A stretch of 64,000 nt of DNA from Haliotis cracherodii (Eukaryota): the NCBI RefSeq assembly GCF_022045235.1, contig NW_027266264.1:67518001-67582000 (forward strand), given 5' to 3'. The notes beneath the pieces are model-generated. The model saw only the letters and a program-made list of their open reading frames with translations, did no database searches and was not told where the DNA came from. Numbering within the stretch: the stretch's first letter is position 1; each line of letters starts with the position of its first letter. The position numbers and the translations under genes are program-made. Positions 61,837 through 64,000 of the stretch are shown in pieces.

Positions 61837-64000
61837 GTTTCAGCACAACTGTATGTGTACTTTTGAAACTTTTGAAACTTTTGAAACTTTGTATACATAT
61901 AATTATGTTTTAATTTCCGTTTAATATATCATTCGGGTTTGTTTTTTTCTTTGTGCAACTTTGTGGGGCAGATTAACTTTGTTAAAAATGTGAAACACTC
62001 AGCATTTAGAAATACCCACCGTTGTGTGTTTCAGTACATGGTGTTTGTGCAGCTGTCTCCCTTACTCTGCATTTGCATTGACTGGAAAGACAGCCGTCAT
62101 ATTAATATTTAATAAGGTTATCATAAATGTTTCGGCGTATCGACTTCCTTTTCCCCATGTTTTTTATCATATACTTTGTGATATCAAATTGAACTTATTT
62201 TGGAAATATTTCTATCCTTCATTACAGCTGTTCACAATTCTAATTGGTGCATGATCTGTACACACAATGTTATGCTGTACATAATTACACTGGCTTGTCC
62301 AAAATCAAGAACTGTTTAATCCACATTTGTTCTGTCACCACTCTGTAACTGATCCTTTGTAGTATTATATTGTCATTTCATTCTTTAGTCGCATGGAAAT
62401 AATTTTGTATGAATATATATCTTGACCAATGGCATCCATTTTGTTACCTAGGACATCCCAATAATGTGTCATACCTGAATCCGGCTTCAACTTGTAGGAG
62501 GCGGTCTCGACTTCCGAACTATGTGATCGACGTTGAACTTATGAATATATGTACCTTATACTATGTTTCTTTTATACTGAACTCTTACAAGCATAATAAA
62601 CATTGTCATTTATAGTATATTATTATATGTTAAGTTTATTATTTTGATGGATTTCTCTCTTTCGTTTTACATATTTATATAGCAGATAATGTTTGTGCAA
62701 AATGAGAAACAATGTGTACATAGAAATGTCAGGATTTGCTAAACAACGTTATCATTATTGTTTTATTCAGTTATCTCCCTTACACTGAATTTCCATGCAC
62801 AATGACAGAAATGGTATTTTTGTTGGCAAATAAATAATCAATCATTTTTGTTTTATCGTGACCATGAAATAGTAACCATAGTGACCATGAAATTCGTATT
62901 CTTCAGGCTTCTTTTTCGTCAAATGCAGTCAAGGTCAAAATGAAAAAAAACATCATTACTGTTTACAAAACCAATGTTGCATGAAGTTTGAACAGAACGC
63001 TATTCTGTGCAAAATGACAATGGTTTGTCCAAAAAGAACTGAACTGTTCCAAACCGTTTTATCTTTTATTGTCTGACTATTGTTTATTGTCTATACCTGG
63101 CTTGTACAATACAATGAAGTCTATTTACAGATGTGTTTGCGTAGTTTGTGTATATATTATGATGTTCGCCATTATCTTATCTTTCATAAATTGTTTTCTT
63201 CTACTTCAATAAATTGTCTCAATGAATTTTGTTCGAATGCATATCTTCGATTATCATTATCGATACTTTGATTTGATCTAGTGTACATTTTCTTCCTGGT
63301 TTCAAGAATTAGAACACCTTTTTAAGAATAAGGAATAAAAGATAATACCTTATGATCTAATTATGTATATACATGTATTCTAATGAGAAGATTAAAAGAT
63401 TAGAAGCAGAAGGGGATCTCATATTACAGTAATGCGTAAACCAGTGCGTCTATTTAACCTAACTATGTTACGATAAACCATCGTTGATATGGGTCTGTTT
63501 CGCGTGAAATTCATTTAATTTCAACCCCCAGTCAGCAATAATCCAGGTCTATGACGGCGGCCTGTAAATGCTCAGTATACCAACCACTGATTCGTCTGGC
63601 CCCAACAAGGACAAAGTCACATGCAACTAACCAGGTAACAGGGCCTGACCATTCTATGTTATCGCCTCCCATGACAACGTATAGTATAGTGGGGCGTAGT
63701 GTAACCCGCATCATTGAAATGAAAGACAAAACCTTTAAAATATAACATTTGGTTTGTAAAGCTGAATAAGCAACGAAAACAAATGTTAATAAATACAAAT
63801 TTACAATGATTACAATGTTATAGCGACAACGGCCTACATGAAGGACGTGTGCTATAAATATATCGAAGCTTTGAACGCAAAGACCTTTCGGTTTCGAATT
63901 CAATTTCGCGAATTTATTGTTGAAAAACTGCGGATTGAAAACACACTTTTGACGTTATTTCACGCAATTAAGCTTATCTACATAAACACATTTAAACCAA

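Noticed and set aside
63532-63903. 123-aa minus-strand ORF
   Set aside because: No recognisable domain; its 3' end matches a decayed family-A SINE tail

Overview
Repeat-dense eukaryotic DNA, most likely molluscan (SINE families resemble those recalled from abalone; inference, not a database result), with one N gap (7952-8130). Host coding content is at most a few candidate Ser/Thr-rich exons (+ strand). Main elements: (i) a decayed APE-RT LINE (2.9-7.5 kb, minus) with a 2A-like motif before ORF1; (ii) a ~1 kb higher-order tandem repeat (18.2-23.2 kb) built from a 16-bp minisatellite plus abutting hairpins; (iii) two segmentally duplicated, decayed BEL/Pao LTR retrotransposons (minus); (iv) many SINEs, MITEs and minisatellites. 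The most striking object is an 8.2-kb insert (29017-37216) in the protease motif of BEL copy 1, bounded by one perfect 16-bp TSD. It is a Penelope-like element (5' hairpin-embedded hammerhead ribozyme, ORF1, RT, GIY-YIG). Between its ORF1 and RT it carries a complete, co-oriented Ngaro/DIRS-type tyrosine-recombinase retroelement (gag, RT, RNase H, YR, SGNH hydrolase) with no recognisable terminal repeats, delimited by a shared GTACTA hexamer. This is a candidate PLE-YR composite or target-specific hyperparasite. BEL copy 2 carries an independent solo Penelope pLTR with a variant hammerhead.
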